Virus record (IMG/VR): IMGVR_UViG_3300049846_002100 | Span: 24,942-88,941 of that record | Length of the DNA: 64,000 nucleotides | Reading direction: 5' to 3' (one strand) | Source: a virus | Part shown: piece after piece, positions 63,256-64,000 of the stretch | Position numbering within the stretch: the first letter of the stretch is position 1 | Layout of the letters: every line of letters starts with the position of its first letter | The notes under the pieces: model-generated | What the model saw: the letters and a program-made list of their open reading frames with translations, nothing else | The model's database searches: none | What the model was told of the DNA's origin: nothing | Translations under genes and position numbers: made by a program

Positions 63256-64000
63256 CTAACCCCTCGTATCTACTCTTGCTTCAGCAGCTCGCAGCGTGTT
63301 GAGCAAGAGATGGGCGATGGTCAACGGGCCAACACCTCCCGGAACAGGCGTGATCGCACGAGCTTTCTCACGCACTTCATCGAAGGCCACATCCCCTACG
63401 ATCCGGGTCGTACCTTCAGGCGTGGGGACACGGTTGATGCCCACATCAAGGACCACAACACCCGGTTTGACCCATCCACCACGGATCAGCTCGGGGCACC
63501 CGGTGGCAACAACGAGGACATCGGCCTCCCGGCATACCGCAGGCAAGTCCCGCGTTTCCTTGTGAGCCATCGTGACCGTTGCCTCCCGTTGAAGAAGGAG
63601 CTGCGCCATCGGCTTGCCCACGATGTTGCTGCATCCAACGACGACTGCACGTAGGCCGCGAAGTTGGACGCCCGCGGAGTCCAATAACACCAGGCAGCCC
63701 ATCGGAGTGCAAGGCGTCAGATTTGGTCGGCCGATCCCAAGTAGCCCCACGTTGATCGGATGGAACCCGTCCACGTCCTTCTCGGGGGCGATTGCGTCCA
63801 GCACGCGATCACGACGGATGTGTCCAGGCAACGGGAGCTGAACGAGGACCCCATCCACATGCGGGTTGAGATTCAGGCTTGCTAGGAGCGACAGGAGAGC
63901 GGCTTCCGTCGTCGTGGCTGGCAGCGTGTGAAGCTGGCTCACCATACCGACTTCCTTCGCCGCTCGCTCCTTGCTACGCGTGTAGACGATACTTGGGGGG
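63256..64000 (-). CDS. folD: Methylenetetrahydrofolate dehydrogenase/cyclohydrolase (5' end outside the window)
   Basis: GVLVQLPLP, EKDVDGFHP, PCTP, SNIVGKP, DVGIN, TPVPGGVGPLT. Confidence 0.96.
   Translation of the reverse strand, partial: PPSIVYTRSKERAAKEVGMVSQLHTLPATTTEAALLSLLASLNLNPHVDGVLVQLPLPGHIRRDRVLDAIAPEKDVDGFHPINVGLLGIGRPNLTPCTPMGCLVLLDSAGVQLRGLRAVVVGCSNIVGKPMAQLLLQREATVTMAHKETRDLPAVCREADVLVVATGCPELIRGGWVKPGVVVLDVGINRVPTPEGTTRIVGDVAFDEVREKARAITPVPGGVGPLTIAHLLLNTLRAAEARVDTRG

Noticed and set aside
63215-63258. tRNA-like sequence (GGGGTTAGAATCTC on the minus strand)
   Set aside because: No cloverleaf, no true GTTCRA T-loop and no acceptor stem.

Overview
This window looks like part of a large, GC-rich tailed-phage genome (probably a jumbo myophage). 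I saw no integrase, rRNA, tRNA or CRISPR array. 1-10.5 kb (minus strand) is a tail module: a transglycosylase/tube-like protein, a tube-initiator-like protein, tape measure, two putative chaperones, the tube, and an inserted HNH. 10.5-39 kb is a mixed accessory region: HU, HD hydrolase, NDT-Nudix fusion, dNMP kinase, zeta-like kinase, three more cell-wall hydrolases, a PLD lipoprotein, a nucleotidyltransferase, a 2H phosphoesterase, a papain protease, a histone-like protein, a nitrilase, ThyX and a 5'-nucleotidase. 40-59 kb (minus strand) is a replication block: Ycf46-like AAA+ with DUF1257/DUF2997-like partners, family A DNA polymerase, a stand-alone CHC2 zinc finger, DnaB, a loader-like protein and an SNF2 helicase. 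This block carries six LAGLIDADG inteins. 59-64 kb holds host-like genes (infA, YccA/BI-1, Nudix, folD). The less obvious signals are: (i) a GGTGTA motif just upstream of many non-structural genes, and a second AACCCTT-type motif upstream of lysis/virion-like genes; (ii) a shared C-terminal peptide [TS]V[WFY][DE]RL on unrelated proteins; (iii) recurring K-x-A-S and R-x-x-x-R-[YF] linkers between domains; (iv) decayed homing endonucleases flanked by duplicated ends of their neighbouring genes. All family assignments come from motif recognition by eye, with no database search.
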